64,000 bases of DNA, taken from NCBI RefSeq assembly GCF_028368995.1, contig NZ_JAQNDL010000003.1:2816001-2880000 (forward strand), given 5' to 3'. Position numbers and translations under genes: made by a program. This document shows positions 1-12,087 of the stretch, one piece after another. Source of the DNA: Nannocystis bainbridge. GTDB taxonomy: Bacteria > Myxococcota_A > Polyangia > Nannocystales > Nannocystaceae. Below the pieces are notes generated by a model. That model did not search any database. It saw only the letters and a list, made by a program, of their open reading frames with translations, and was not told the origin of the DNA. The number at the start of each line of letters is the position of its first letter. Position 1 is the first letter of the stretch.

Positions 1-377
1 CGGGGGATCGGTGCACGCAATCCGAGGTTGAAGCCGAGCCGCCCGGGCGCCGAGTCATCGACGCCGACGTTCGACACCCGCACGCTCGGGTTCTCGATCT
101 GCCGGGCCGCGAATACCTCCGTCGCCGCCACCTCGGCCCGCGCCTCGACCACCGCCAATTCAGGGTTGTTGGCCAGCGCCAGCGCGTAGGCCTGCTCGAG
201 CGTCAACGCGTCGCCGGCCGCGAGCGTCGCCGCCGTCGTGCCGGGCAAGCTCCCGCGCGGCGGACCGACCTGCATCTCGCGCCAGGTCGCGATCGCCCGC
301 TCGGGCGAGACCGCCGGCGCGCTCGCGCAGCCGACTGCCGCCATTGCCGCGACCAGCGCCCAGCGCCCGCGAATCAT
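1..377 (-). CDS. TolC-family outer membrane efflux lipoprotein (N-terminal part; runs off window)
   Basis: Not in the ORF track. Manual translation from ATG 377 gives MIRGRWALVAAMAAVGCASAPAVSPERA...LTLEQAYALALANNPELAVVEARAEVA. It has a lipobox and the typical TolC LTL.QA...AL.NNP start, and overlaps the HlyD stop (ATGA). Confidence 0.8.
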   Translation of the reverse strand, partial: MIRGRWALVAAMAAVGCASAPAVSPERAIATWREMQVGPPRGSLPGTTAATLAAGDALTLEQAYALALANNPELAVVEARAEVAATEVFAARQIENPSVRVSNVGVDDSAPGRLGFNLGLRAPIP

Positions 378-1570
378 GGCACCTCCGGCGCCGCGGCGCG
401 GCTCGGCAAGCTCGCCTCGACCAGCGGCGCCGCCAACACCTGCTCGGTCACCGGCTCCGGCGCGACCGGCTCCGCCGCGCACGGCGACGGCTGGCCCAGA
501 AAGCTGACCGTGAACGCCTGCCCCGGCAGCAGCGGCGCCGCCTCGTCGAGCGCGACCGTGACCTCGCGACCCCACTCCGGCACCCCCGGGTTCCGGCGGC
601 AGCGGGCCGGCAGCTCCCCGATCTGCGGCCCCAGCCCCGTCACGTGGGCGCCGACCGCCGGCCCGCCGGTCCCCCGCGCGCGCACCAGCGCCGCCTCGCC
701 CACGCGCACCCGCCCGGCCTGCGCCTCGCGCAGGCACACCACCACCTCGTCGTCCTCGCCCGGCCCGCGGCCCATGATCGTCAGCACCGGCGCGTCCGGG
801 CCCGCGACCTCGCCGGCGCGCACCACGATCTCCGTCACCCGGCCGTCGGCCGGCGCGCGCAGCACCGTCTGCTCGCGCCGCACTGCCAACAATTGCTCGC
901 GCCCCGCCAGCACCGCCAGTTCGGCGCGGACCGGACGCAGCGCCAATTCCGTCGCGTCGGTCGGCAGCGCCGCGCGCCGGGCCCGGGCCACCGCCGCCTG
1001 GCGCACCAACTCGGGCACCAGCGAATCGGCCGCCTCGACCTCCTGTCGCAGCGCCGCGCGCTTGACCCCGAGCGCGTCGAGGTCGCGGCGATCGGCCATC
1101 CGCTCCTTCACCAGCCCGGCCAGCGCATCGAACTGGACGCTGACCGCCCGCAGCTCGGCCGCGCGGACCTCGCGATTGCCACGAGCTGTCCGCACGGCCA
1201 GCTCGGCCGCCGCCACCGAATCCTCGATCTCGCGCGCCTTGTCGTCCTGCTGCAGCGCCGACTCGCTGCGGACCGCCCCGAGCGACGCCTCCAGCCGCGC
1301 GCGCTCGGCCGCCAGGATCGCCTGCTCCGCCGCGAGCTCCGCCGTGTCGAGCACCGCCACCACCTGCCCCGCGCGGACCGGCTCGCCTGGCTTCACCTCG
1401 ACCGTGCGCACCCGGCCGGGCGACGTCGCCTGCACCGCGTATTCGACCCCGAGCGCGAACCCGACGGCCTGGCCCTCCGCGCGCACGTCGAGCCACAGCC
1501 CGCCGGCGCCGGCCATCGTCCCGGCCCAGACCACCCACGGGAGGATGCGAGTCCTGATATACCCAGACAT
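374..1570 (-). CDS. HlyD-family periplasmic adaptor / membrane fusion protein
   Basis: From ATG 1570 (MSGYIRTRILPW): N-terminal TM, lipoyl half-motifs GRVRTVEVKPGEPVRAGQ and LRAPADGRVTEIVVRAGEV flanking a long coiled coil. Confidence 0.85.
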   Translation of the reverse strand: MSGYIRTRILPWVVWAGTMAGAGGLWLDVRAEGQAVGFALGVEYAVQATSPGRVRTVEVKPGEPVRAGQVVAVLDTAELAAEQAILAAERARLEASLGAVRSESALQQDDKAREIEDSVAAAELAVRTARGNREVRAAELRAVSVQFDALAGLVKERMADRRDLDALGVKRAALRQEVEAADSLVPELVRQAAVARARRAALPTDATELALRPVRAELAVLAGREQLLAVRREQTVLRAPADGRVTEIVVRAGEVAGPDAPVLTIMGRGPGEDDEVVVCLREAQAGRVRVGEAALVRARGTGGPAVGAHVTGLGPQIGELPARCRRNPGVPEWGREVTVALDEAAPLLPGQAFTVSFLGQPSPCAAEPVAPEPVTEQVLAAPLVEASLPSRAAAPEVP

Positions 1571-1572
1571 GG

Positions 1573-2256
1573 CTAGATCTCCACTGTCGGCTCTTGCAGC
1601 AGCAATGAGACGTCCTGGACCCCCGGCAGCTCCTCGAGCGCGCGCACGAGCGCCGTCCGATGCCGCGGATCGCCGAGCCGCACCTGATAGGCGTGCTCCA
1701 TCGCCTCGCCCTGGGCCACTTCGCGCAATGTCACGAGCGCGAGGAAGCGGCTGTGCAGGCGCAGCAATTTCATCACCGGCGCCTCGTCGGCCCCGATCGG
1801 CAGCTGGAACCGCAGGAGCCCGTCGAAGCGGCGCTGGCTGCCGAACTCCGACAGCGTCAGCAGCCACACCGCCAGGCAGAACAGCGCCGTCCCGCAGAAC
1901 GCCGCCGCGTGGGCCCCGAGCCCGGCGGCGATGCCGGTGCCGAGGCCCGCGAACACGAAGATCATGTCGCGAGGGTCGCGCAGCGCCGTGCGAAAGCGGA
2001 CGATCGCCAGCCCGCCGGCGATCCCGAGCCCCGCGGCGATGCTGTTGCCGATCGCCAGCATCAGCATGCAGGCGATGATGCTGCCGAGCACGATCGCGTG
2101 GACCAGCCCTTGCGAATACGACATCCCGCGGAATGTCCACACGTACACCGCCCCGAGCGTCTGCGTCAGCCCGAAGGCCAGCAGCAGCGCCAGGGCCGCG
2201 CTCTTGAGCGCGAACGGCTCGGCGTCGCCGGCCGTCAGCAGGTCGAACGGGTTCAT
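1573..2256 (-). CDS. DUF4956 family membrane protein
   Basis: MNPFDLL...IGNSIAAGLGIAGGLAIVRFRTALRDPRDMIFVF signature; ATGA overlap with the VTC gene. Confidence 0.9.
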   Translation of the reverse strand: MNPFDLLTAGDAEPFALKSAALALLLAFGLTQTLGAVYVWTFRGMSYSQGLVHAIVLGSIIACMLMLAIGNSIAAGLGIAGGLAIVRFRTALRDPRDMIFVFAGLGTGIAAGLGAHAAAFCGTALFCLAVWLLTLSEFGSQRRFDGLLRFQLPIGADEAPVMKLLRLHSRFLALVTLREVAQGEAMEHAYQVRLGDPRHRTALVRALEELPGVQDVSLLLQEPTVEI

Positions 2257-3047
2257 CGCCAGCCTCCTGCGAATCGGTAGGTCCGCGCGTCGGAGGCCCC
2301 GTAGAACGCCTTGATCGAGGTCCCGTACTTCGAGAACGAGCGCCGCGTCAGGTCGAGCCGCTCGACGATGTTGTGCAGCCACAGCGGCACCTGCGTCGTG
2401 AACTTGAGCTCGAGCACCGTCAGCGACTCGGGCGACCGCTGCGTCGCCCCGTCGTCGAGCGCCCGCCAGTTGTGGGCCGGCGCCGTGAACGTCCACTTGT
2501 CCATCACCTGCGCACGGATGCGCGTATCCATCGTCACCCGCACGTAGTCGTCGACGCGGCTGAAGTACGGCTCGCGGTCGTAGCGGACCAGCGTGAACGG
2601 CCGCAGGTGCAGCGTCCGCTGCAGCGCCAGGAACCGCTCGACCGCCGCGAGGTCTTTGCTGCCCACCTCTGCGGGGATCGGCGCCGCCGGGTCGGCCAGC
2701 AGCGCCGCCCAGGCCGCGCGCGACACCCGGCCGCGCGTCTTGGTGATGACATCGTTGATGCGCCGCTTGACCTCGAGGAACACCGGGCTCCCGGGCGCCT
2801 CGGCGTAGCCGCGCACCCGCACCTTGATCCGGTCGACCTGCTCGTGCTCGTTGGCCCAATAGAGGCCCATGAGCGGCGAATCGAGGTACAGGCTCTCGAT
2901 CGTGTAGCGCCCGCCGGGGCTGCGGGCCGCGTACGGGTCGATGTCACAGAACGGCCGGATCGCCGCGCGCAGCCGCGCCGCGGTCGCGCCGTCGATCAAG
3001 TACTTATATTCGCGCCTCTCGATCACGTTTGCCGTCACCACAGACAT
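2253..3047 (-). CDS. VTC (polyphosphate polymerase-like, CYTH fold) domain protein
   Basis: ERREYKYL, YTIESLYLDS, KVRVRGY, FLEVKRR, RVTMD, VLELKF and FSKY motifs. Confidence 0.92.
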   Translation of the reverse strand: MSVVTANVIERREYKYLIDGATAARLRAAIRPFCDIDPYAARSPGGRYTIESLYLDSPLMGLYWANEHEQVDRIKVRVRGYAEAPGSPVFLEVKRRINDVITKTRGRVSRAAWAALLADPAAPIPAEVGSKDLAAVERFLALQRTLHLRPFTLVRYDREPYFSRVDDYVRVTMDTRIRAQVMDKWTFTAPAHNWRALDDGATQRSPESLTVLELKFTTQVPLWLHNIVERLDLTRRSFSKYGTSIKAFYGASDARTYRFAGGWR

Positions 3048-3629
3048 GACTGTCACCCTTCGTCGTCGCCGCGCCCCACGGCGCGCCATTGTGATGAATC
3101 GCCGCAGCGATCGTTCGGGCCGGGGACGCCCGCCAATTCACATCCGTCCATCCTAGGACCGCTTGTGCACCGAGACCGTGCGCTCGAGCATCGGCGGTCC
3201 CGATCGGGCCGCACACCGGGCCGGCGACGCGCTTCACGGCGTCGGCCGCGGCCCAGTCCCTCGCACGCGCAGCGCCCGCCCCGTCCCCCCCTCGCGGACC
3301 CCGACGCCTCCGTGGCCGAAATCTCGGCCCTGGCGCGCTCCCGCGCCCCGGCCCGCGCGATCACGCCAACCGCCAAACCTCCGCAGGGACGGCTCCAGCG
3401 GCTCCCCCGCCGGCTTCCGCCCGCCGCCGCCCCGTGACGCGGACCACCCCGCCCGCGCCCGCCCCCCCGTGACCGGCTCGACACCCACACGCCGGCCTCG
3501 TGGCGCCCTGCGGACAATGGTTCCACGCTTGCCTCGTCGTTCGCGCGGCCTCGACTCCGGTCCGGCGATCCGTAGATCCGTGACGCGCCGCCCTTGAATC
3601 CCTGGCCGCGCTGTTCACATTCCTCGAGC

Positions 3630-5015
<1,386 letters not shown>

Positions 5016-5018
5016 TCG

Positions 5019-6167
5019 TCACCGCTCTTGCCAGTCGATCGGCACCGGCTCGAACCACCCCGGCGGATAGCCGTAGTCCTCGCCGCACTCGTCGATCACC
5101 CCGAACGAGCGCGCGCCTGCTCCCGTCACCTCGTACGTCGAGCCGACCAGCAGGCTCGCGCTGCCGGCTTCGAGCTCCGCCGCCCAGCGCGGCGTCGCCG
5201 ACACCACGTGCGGCATGAACACCTCGCTGTTGCGGACGCAGCGGGCGCGTAGCCGCTCGAGCGCCGGCAGGCGCAGCACCTCGCGCAGCTCGGCCAGGCG
5301 GGCCGCCGCGATCGCTCGCCAGTCGGCGTAGCCGAGCATCTCGAGCACGCAGGCCGCGAACACCCGCGGGCGATTGAGCGGCAGCAGCGCGTCACAGTCG
5401 TCCTCGCCGCGGAACCCGGCCGACGGGCAGCGCTCGACCCAGCGGTCGGCGATCCGGTACACCGGCCGCACGCTGGTCCCGCCGAGCAGGATGTGCACCT
5501 CCGGCCGCAGCTCCGCCAGCCGCTCCAGCAGCTCGTCCTCGGTGCCCGCGCGCAGCTCCTCGGCCAGCGGCCCGGGCGCATCGAGCAGCAGCTCGCGGAT
5601 GTCCGATCGGACATGGTCGAAAGCGCAGACCAGCCCGCGGCTCCCGGCCTGCAGCGACCACGTCCCGCGCCGCGTCGTCGCCCGCCAGAACACCGCGCGG
5701 CTGCGGCGATGATCGCCCGCGGCCGCGGCCGTCAGCGCGCGCCGCAGGTGTCGCAGCCGGCGCGCCCGCGGCGGACCGGCGCCGATCGTCGGCTCGAACA
5801 GCACCAGCTGGCGCACCAGGTCCGGCCGGCGCAGGGCCGCGTGGATCGCCGCCGCGCAGCTCCCGGCCCACGCCACCACCTCCGCCGCCTCGCCCATGCT
5901 CTCGATCACCGCGATCAGATCGTCGCCGTGGCTCGCCCACCACCGCTGCGGCGCCGGCGTGCCGCGGCTGTCGCCCCAGCCGCGGCGGTCGTACGTCACC
6001 GCGCGCAGGTGCGGCGCCAGGTGATCGGCCGCGGCCGCCAGGCCTCGCCGCGTCATCCCGGTCGGGTGCACGAGCACCACCGGCTCGCCTTGCCCGCGCG
6101 ATTCGCCGACCAGCACGACACCGTCGGGTCGCTTGAGGGACCACGAGCGCACGCACCATGGTCGCAC
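5019..6167 (-). CDS. Alpha/beta-fold hydrolase-like protein with C-terminal extension
   Basis: VVLVHP, YDRRGWGDS and LVRQLVLFEP; nucleophile elbow degenerate (VAWAGSC); start uncertain. Confidence 0.65.
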   Translation of the reverse strand: MRPWCVRSWSLKRPDGVVLVGESRGQGEPVVLVHPTGMTRRGLAAAADHLAPHLRAVTYDRRGWGDSRGTPAPQRWWASHGDDLIAVIESMGEAAEVVAWAGSCAAAIHAALRRPDLVRQLVLFEPTIGAGPPRARRLRHLRRALTAAAAGDHRRSRAVFWRATTRRGTWSLQAGSRGLVCAFDHVRSDIRELLLDAPGPLAEELRAGTEDELLERLAELRPEVHILLGGTSVRPVYRIADRWVERCPSAGFRGEDDCDALLPLNRPRVFAACVLEMLGYADWRAIAAARLAELREVLRLPALERLRARCVRNSEVFMPHVVSATPRWAAELEAGSASLLVGSTYEVTGAGARSFGVIDECGEDYGYPPGWFEPVPIDWQER

Positions 6168-6227
6168 GAGTCGGGCCCCCCGTCAGCCCCCGATCGGTGG
6201 CGCGAGTCCCACTGCTACCATCCACGC

Positions 6228-7772
6228 ATGAACTCGCTCGCGCGTCCCTGCACCTCCGCCCTCGCGCTCGCGCTCGTGAGCGCGTGTCCCGGCGACCCCG
6301 CGACCACCAGCGACAGCGCGACCTCGTCGAGCTCGAGCGACGCGACCACCGACGCGACCACCGACGCGAACACCGTGACGGGCCCGGCCACGACCTCCGG
6401 CGACGCGACCGCCACCGAGCCCACCACCACCGAGCCCACCAGCGCGAGCACCACCTCGGACACCACCACCAGCGGCCCCGAGGAGGCCGCCCTGTGGCTC
6501 GTGCCGCTCGTCAGCCCCGGGGGCGCTGCCGCGCACAGCGTCGCCATCGCCGGTGACGGCGCCGTCATCGTCGGCGGCGTGTTCGCCGGCACGCTCGAGC
6601 TCGGCGATACGAGCCTCGTCAGCGCCGGTGGCCTCGACCTGTTCGTCGCTCGCTGGACCGCCGGCGGCCAGCTCGTGTGGGCCCGGCGCTTCGGCGGCCC
6701 CGACGACGAGCACGAGGCCTCGGTCAGCGTCGGCAGCGACGGCCGCGTCCTGCTGGTCGGCGAGTTCCGCAGCGCCCTCGAGCTGCCCGGCCTCGACCCC
6801 CTCGTCAGCCTCGGCCTCAGCGACATCCTCGTGCTGCAGCTCGCCGCCGACGGCGCCCCCGAGTGGTCGCGCGGTTTCGGCGGCCTCGGCGTCGAGCTCG
6901 AGCCGCGCGCCGTCTTCGACGACGCCGGCGACATCGTGCTCTCGGCCGCCTTCGAGTCGCTCATCGACCTCGGCGGCGGCCCGCTCGCCGCCGCCGACGC
7001 GCGAGACCTCCTGCTCGCCAAGTTCGACGCCACCGGCGCGCACCTGTGGTCGAAGAGCTTCGGCAACCTCGCCGACGCCAGCGCTCACGACCTCGCCGTC
7101 GGCCCCGCCGGCGACATCGCCGTCGCCGGCTGGTTCGCCAACTCGATCGACCTCGGCGGCGGCCCCTTCGCCGACGGCGGCGCCTACCTGGCCGTGTTCG
7201 CCGGCGACACCGGCGAGCACCGCTGGTCGCAGCAGCTCGCCAGCGGCAACTCGGCCGGCTGCGGCGTGCGCTTCGCCGGCGACGGCGGCGTCGCGCTGTC
7301 CGGGTGGTTTCAGGGCGCGATCGATTTCGGCAGCGGCCCCGCGCTCGCCACCGACGAGCACGCCGATCACTTCGCAGCGCGCTGGTCGGCCGACGGCGAC
7401 CTCACCTGGGCCGGCACCCACGGCGGGCCCAACGTCGACACCGGCTGCGGCCTCGCGCCTGGCCCCGACGGCGGCTGGATCCTCGGCGGCACCTTCAACC
7501 AGCAGATCGAGTTCGGCGGCGAGCTCCTGACCAAAAAGACAGCCCCGTGCGCCTTCCTGGCCAGCCTCGACGACGGCGGCGATCACCGCTGGTCGCTGCC
7601 GCTGTGCGCCGCGGCCGGCGGCAGCGTCGACCGGCTCGCCACCTATCCCGAAGGCCATGTGGTGCTCCTGGGCAGCTTCGCCGGCCCCGTCGAGCTGTTC
7701 GGCCAGTCCGTGGACGCCCCCCACCCCTACGGCCTCGTCGCCCACGTCCCGGCCCACCTGCTCGGGCGCTGA
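6228..7772 (+). CDS. Lipoprotein with Ser/Thr linker and beta-propeller-type repeats
   Basis: MNSLARPC...LVSAC lipobox; repeated GxFxxxIDLGGG / DxFVAKFDxxGxHLWSKSFG units. Confidence 0.8.
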   Translation: MNSLARPCTSALALALVSACPGDPATTSDSATSSSSSDATTDATTDANTVTGPATTSGDATATEPTTTEPTSASTTSDTTTSGPEEAALWLVPLVSPGGAAAHSVAIAGDGAVIVGGVFAGTLELGDTSLVSAGGLDLFVARWTAGGQLVWARRFGGPDDEHEASVSVGSDGRVLLVGEFRSALELPGLDPLVSLGLSDILVLQLAADGAPEWSRGFGGLGVELEPRAVFDDAGDIVLSAAFESLIDLGGGPLAAADARDLLLAKFDATGAHLWSKSFGNLADASAHDLAVGPAGDIAVAGWFANSIDLGGGPFADGGAYLAVFAGDTGEHRWSQQLASGNSAGCGVRFAGDGGVALSGWFQGAIDFGSGPALATDEHADHFAARWSADGDLTWAGTHGGPNVDTGCGLAPGPDGGWILGGTFNQQIEFGGELLTKKTAPCAFLASLDDGGDHRWSLPLCAAAGGSVDRLATYPEGHVVLLGSFAGPVELFGQSVDAPHPYGLVAHVPAHLLGR

Positions 7773-7840
7773 GCGCTCGCGACCGCGGCCGCCCCGGAGC
7801 ACCGGAGCGGCCGCGTCGCGCGTCCTCATTTTTTGAAGAA

Positions 7841-9169
7841 TCAGTCGAGGAACCAGAAGTACAGGTACGCGTGGGCGACCGCGATGCTGCCGAGCATCAA
7901 GGGGAACGCCAGCTTGGCGTACGTCAGGAACTTGAACTGAACGCCCTCGCGCTCGGCCAGCCCGGCCACCGTCAGGTTGGCGCTCGCGCCGACCAGGGTG
8001 CCGTTGCCGCCGAGGCACGCGCCGAGCGACAGGGCCCACCACAGCGGCATCACGCCCTCGGTGCCGCCCATCGCCGGCGTCATGCTCTTGATCAGTGGGA
8101 TCATCGTGGCGACGAACGGGATGTTGTCGATGATCGCCGACAGCACCGCCGACGCCCACAGGATCACCACCGCCGTGACGTTGCGGTCGCCGCCGGTGAC
8201 GTCGACCAGGCCGTGGGCCATGTGGTCGAGCAGCCCGGCGTGCTCGACGCCGGCGACCACCATGAACAGGCCGACGAAGAAGAAGATCGTGACCCACTCG
8301 ACCTCGCCGAAGATGTCCTGCACGCGGTGCGACTGGTCGGCGCCGGGGTGCTTGCGGACGTAGAGGAACATCAGCACCGCCGCGCCGAACATCGCCACCG
8401 TGCCCGGCTCGATGCCGGTCTGGCGCGACGTGATGAAGCCCGCCAGCACCGCCGAGAGCACGCCGAGCGAGCTGACCAGCAGGCCCGGGTCCGTGATCGC
8501 CTCGGCCGGCTGCAGCGCCATGATCTTGCGCTGCGCCTCCGGGTTGGCGCGCAGCTTCTTGCCCCAAATGGCGTGCAGCGCCAGCACCTGCAGCGCGATC
8601 AGCACCCCGACCACCGGCGCCAGGTTGCGCACGAAATCGTTGAACGACAGCGCCACCGCCGAGCCGATGAGGATGTTCGGCGGGTCGCCGATGAGCGTCG
8701 CCGTGCCGCCGATGTTCGACGCGAAGATCTCGGCGAACAGGAACGGGTAGGCCGGCACGTCGAGCTCGCGCGCCACCAGCAGCGTGACCGGCGTGATGAG
8801 CAGCACCGTCGTCACGTTGTCGAGCAGCGCCGACAGCACCGCCGTCACCAGCGTCAGCATGATGAGCAGCTTCCACGGCACCCCGCCGGCCTTGCGCGCC
8901 GACCAGAACGCGATGGACTGGAAGACGCCGCTCTTCCGCGTGATGTTGACGAGGAGCATCATCCCCGTCAAAAGCGCGATGGTGTTGAAGTCGACGCCGT
9001 GGATCGCCTGCTCTTGCGTGAGCACGCCGAGGCTGATCATCAGACCGGCGCCGAGCAGCGCCACCACGGCGCGATTGATCTTCTCCGACATGATCGCGGC
9101 ATACGTGAGGACGAGCAGCGCGGTGGACAGCCAGAGGGGATCGAGGCCGAAAATCACGTGTTCGGGCAT
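7841..9169 (-). CDS. ArsB/NhaD (SLC13/CitMHS-like) ion transporter
   Basis: LLDNVTTVLL, SNIGGTATLIGDPPNILIG, IDNIPFVATMIP and LGGNGTLVGASAN; many TM helices; start may be 9211. Confidence 0.92.
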   Translation of the reverse strand: MPEHVIFGLDPLWLSTALLVLTYAAIMSEKINRAVVALLGAGLMISLGVLTQEQAIHGVDFNTIALLTGMMLLVNITRKSGVFQSIAFWSARKAGGVPWKLLIMLTLVTAVLSALLDNVTTVLLITPVTLLVARELDVPAYPFLFAEIFASNIGGTATLIGDPPNILIGSAVALSFNDFVRNLAPVVGVLIALQVLALHAIWGKKLRANPEAQRKIMALQPAEAITDPGLLVSSLGVLSAVLAGFITSRQTGIEPGTVAMFGAAVLMFLYVRKHPGADQSHRVQDIFGEVEWVTIFFFVGLFMVVAGVEHAGLLDHMAHGLVDVTGGDRNVTAVVILWASAVLSAIIDNIPFVATMIPLIKSMTPAMGGTEGVMPLWWALSLGACLGGNGTLVGASANLTVAGLAEREGVQFKFLTYAKLAFPLMLGSIAVAHAYLYFWFLD

Positions 9170-9702
9170 GACAAAGATGTCTCGTGGGTCATGATGCAAG
9201 AGCCAGCTCACGCCGAGCCCTGCCGTCGCCGCGGGGCTTAGCCCAAGCGAATCGCGCTTGCTATCGCCCGAATCGTGAGTCTACGCGGCGCGCCCTGCGA
9301 AGCGCATGCAATCAGTGCACAGCGAGCTCGACCGCGATCGCAAGGGCCAGGACTGCATCCACCCGCCAATGGGCCCCGCGCCGGCGACGAACCCCACGAT
9401 CGATAGGCCGCGGCGGGTCCTATCAAGGCAGGGCACCCGGCTCGCTGTCCCTGCCCACGCGGCCCGGCGCCGGCCGCGGTCAGCAGTTCGCGCGCCAGGT
9501 CATCTGTCCGCGGGCCGGCGTCGTCGCGCCAATCACCGACGGCGCTGGCTCCGGCGCCCCGGCGATCGTCGAATCATCGGTGATGGCGAGATAAACTCGA
9601 ATTCATCGGCCTTCGCGCAGGCGGGCTTGTGTGATCATCCGCGCGAGTGAGGGTATTTCAAAAAACCCCGGCGCCGACCGGCGACTGCACGCCCTCCGGG
9701 CC

Positions 9703-10242
9703 TCAGCCCTTCACCATCGCCGCCAGCTGCAGCACCGTCCGCCAGTTGCGGGCCGTCACCGGCGAGCCGACCAGTCGATCGATCACCGCCGGCGACAGCT
9801 TCGTGCGCCCGGCCCCCTGCGGATAGTGGAACCACAGCACGTCCCCCGCCGCCACCACCCGCTCACCCGCCGTCGCCCGCTCGAGCAGCTCCGCCGCCGC
9901 GTCCGGCCGCGGCGGTCGCTTCGGCACCCCCAGCAGCACCAGGTTCGCCTCCGCCTCCGCGGCCGCCCGCAGCGGGTTGCCGGCCGCGAGCTGCTCCCAC
10001 TGGTCCGCCGTCCGCACCATCACGTCGATCTGCAGCCCGAACACCCGCGTGAGGCCCTGCTCGAGCGCCGCCTCGTGCTCCGCCGTCGACCCGTTCGCCG
10101 TGAACACCACGTTGCCGCTCTGGATGTACGTCTGCACCGCGGTCAGGCCGAGCTCGCCGCAGAGCGCGCGCAGGTCGGCCATCGGTACCTTGCGAGTGCC
10201 GCCGACGTTGATGCCGCGGAGGAGCGCGATGAAGCGGGTCAT
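9703..10242 (-). CDS. DUF1697 domain protein
   Basis: MTRFIALLRGINVGG, TYIQSGNVVF and TARNWRTV. Confidence 0.92.
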   Translation of the reverse strand: MTRFIALLRGINVGGTRKVPMADLRALCGELGLTAVQTYIQSGNVVFTANGSTAEHEAALEQGLTRVFGLQIDVMVRTADQWEQLAAGNPLRAAAEAEANLVLLGVPKRPPRPDAAAELLERATAGERVVAAGDVLWFHYPQGAGRTKLSPAVIDRLVGSPVTARNWRTVLQLAAMVKG

Positions 10243-10320
10243 GCTGCGCAGGATGGTGCGCGCGCGCGCGGCCGCCTGACAAGCCCCGCCATGGGCGCGC
10301 CCGCGGTACCATCGCGTCCG

Positions 10321-10875
10321 ATGTCCAGCGACACCTTTTACGTCGAGATCCACCCCGTCTCGGACGACACCGTGGAGCTCCGGTGCACCACCGGCACCGC
10401 CGGCGGCACCAACGACTACGCGCTGACGCGATCGTTCGTGCTGTCGGTCCTGGTCGACGGCATGCCGTACCCTGGCACCGACCCGACGCCGCTGCACCGG
10501 GCCATGCAGGCCGTCAGCGGCCCGGTCCCGCCGGTGTGGGAAAAGAGCTTCCACCGCGAGCACATCGACAAGTTCATCGTCTCGGCCGAGCTCGTCGAGC
10601 GCCGCGGCATCATCGCCGACGAGCACGCCTGGCAGGAGGGCCGCGACATGGGCGGCCCCGGGTCCGAGGCGCTGTTCCCCTCGCACAGTTTCGTCCTCCG
10701 CGCCCGCGTCACCGACCCCCGCTTCCTCGAGGGCATCCAGTACGGCGCGCCCTTCGGCACCACCGCCTTCGACGCCTGGTGGGACGACCCGACCCGCCCG
10801 AGCTACGCCGAGATGGCCGCCATCGAGGCCAGAGCCTCGCGCTGGCACCCGAAGCCTGACGGCGACCTCGCTTGA
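10321..10875 (+). CDS. Hypothetical protein
   Basis: ORF MSSDTFYVEIHP... with host-like GC3 codon bias. Confidence 0.65.
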   Translation: MSSDTFYVEIHPVSDDTVELRCTTGTAGGTNDYALTRSFVLSVLVDGMPYPGTDPTPLHRAMQAVSGPVPPVWEKSFHREHIDKFIVSAELVERRGIIADEHAWQEGRDMGGPGSEALFPSHSFVLRARVTDPRFLEGIQYGAPFGTTAFDAWWDDPTRPSYAEMAAIEARASRWHPKPDGDLA

Positions 10876-11088
10876 GTCACCCCGCTCCCCCGGCCGAGAC
10901 AACCTGTCCCTTCAGACAGCTCGAACTCCGGCCTCCCCGACCTGTCCTCTTCGCCACCTCGTGAGTGAGCCCGGCGGCTGCCTGCAGACACCCGCCGCGA
11001 TCGCGGGTAGAACTGCCCCGCCCTGCCCACCGGCGACATCCTCCCGCTCCTGATCACCCTGTTCGGGCTCGTCGTCGTCGGCCAGCTG

Positions 11089-11985
11089 TTGCGGCTCACG
11101 GGGGCCCTGCCGGCCGGCGCCCCGGACGTGCTCGCGCGCGTCATCCTGACCGTCACGATGCCGGCGCTGATCGTCGTCATCCTCGCCGACGCTCGCTTCG
11201 AGCCGGCTCTGGTGCCGGCGGTGTTCGCCTGCACCGTCGCCCTGTTCAGCGCCTGCGCTCTCGGCGTCCTGCTCCTGCGGTTTCGCGGCGCCTCGCGCCC
11301 CGCCCAGGGCGCCGCCGGCATCACCGCGGCCTTCGCCAACACCGCCTTCCTCGGCGTCCCCTTCGTCCTCGCCGTGTTCCCTGGCTCGCGCGGGGCCGCC
11401 ACCGCCGCGGTGATCATCGACACCGTCGACACCACCATCCTCCTGCTCACCTTCGGCGTCGCCTTCGCCGGCGCCATGGCGCGCCCGCGCGGCCCGGTCA
11501 CCACGCCGCTGCGGCCCCGGCTCCTGCGCGCCGGCGGCTCGCTGCTGCGCCAGCCGATGATCGTCGCCGTGCTCGTCGGCCTCGCGCTGGCTCTCGGCGG
11601 CCTCGCCATCCCGCCTGCCCTGGCCAAACCGCTCGCCCAGGTCGGCCAGACCACCGCAGTCCTCGCCTTCCTCACCATCGGCCTCGGCCTCGACCTCCGC
11701 TCCCTGCGCGGCCAGACCGTCCCGCTCGCCGGCATCGCGGTCATCAAGCTGCTCATCGCTCCGGCCCTCGCCTGCCTCGTCCTGCTCGCCCTCGACGTCC
11801 GCGGCGACGTCGCCCGCACCGCCGTCCTGCAGGCCGCCATGCCGACCGCCGTGGTCTCGGCGATCATCGCCACCAACGCCGGCTGCGACGGCCAGCTCGC
11901 CGCCGCCGCCGCCGTCGTCACCACCTTGCTGTCGCTCGCCACCCTCCCGCTCGTGCTCGCCGGCCTGCAGGCGATCGGTCTGTAG
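11089..11985 (+). CDS. AEC (auxin efflux carrier) family transporter
   Basis: FANTAFLGVPF, IKLLIAP and LQAAMPTAV; the true start is probably about 60 nt upstream. Confidence 0.88.
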   Translation: MRLTGALPAGAPDVLARVILTVTMPALIVVILADARFEPALVPAVFACTVALFSACALGVLLLRFRGASRPAQGAAGITAAFANTAFLGVPFVLAVFPGSRGAATAAVIIDTVDTTILLLTFGVAFAGAMARPRGPVTTPLRPRLLRAGGSLLRQPMIVAVLVGLALALGGLAIPPALAKPLAQVGQTTAVLAFLTIGLGLDLRSLRGQTVPLAGIAVIKLLIAPALACLVLLALDVRGDVARTAVLQAAMPTAVVSAIIATNAGCDGQLAAAAAVVTTLLSLATLPLVLAGLQAIGL

Positions 11986-12087
11986 CGGCGCGGACGATCC
12001 ACATGTCCCATGAGACATGCTCGTCACATGTCTCGAACGACATGTCTCATAAAGCATGTCCGATCGCGCATCATGCCGGACCGAAAG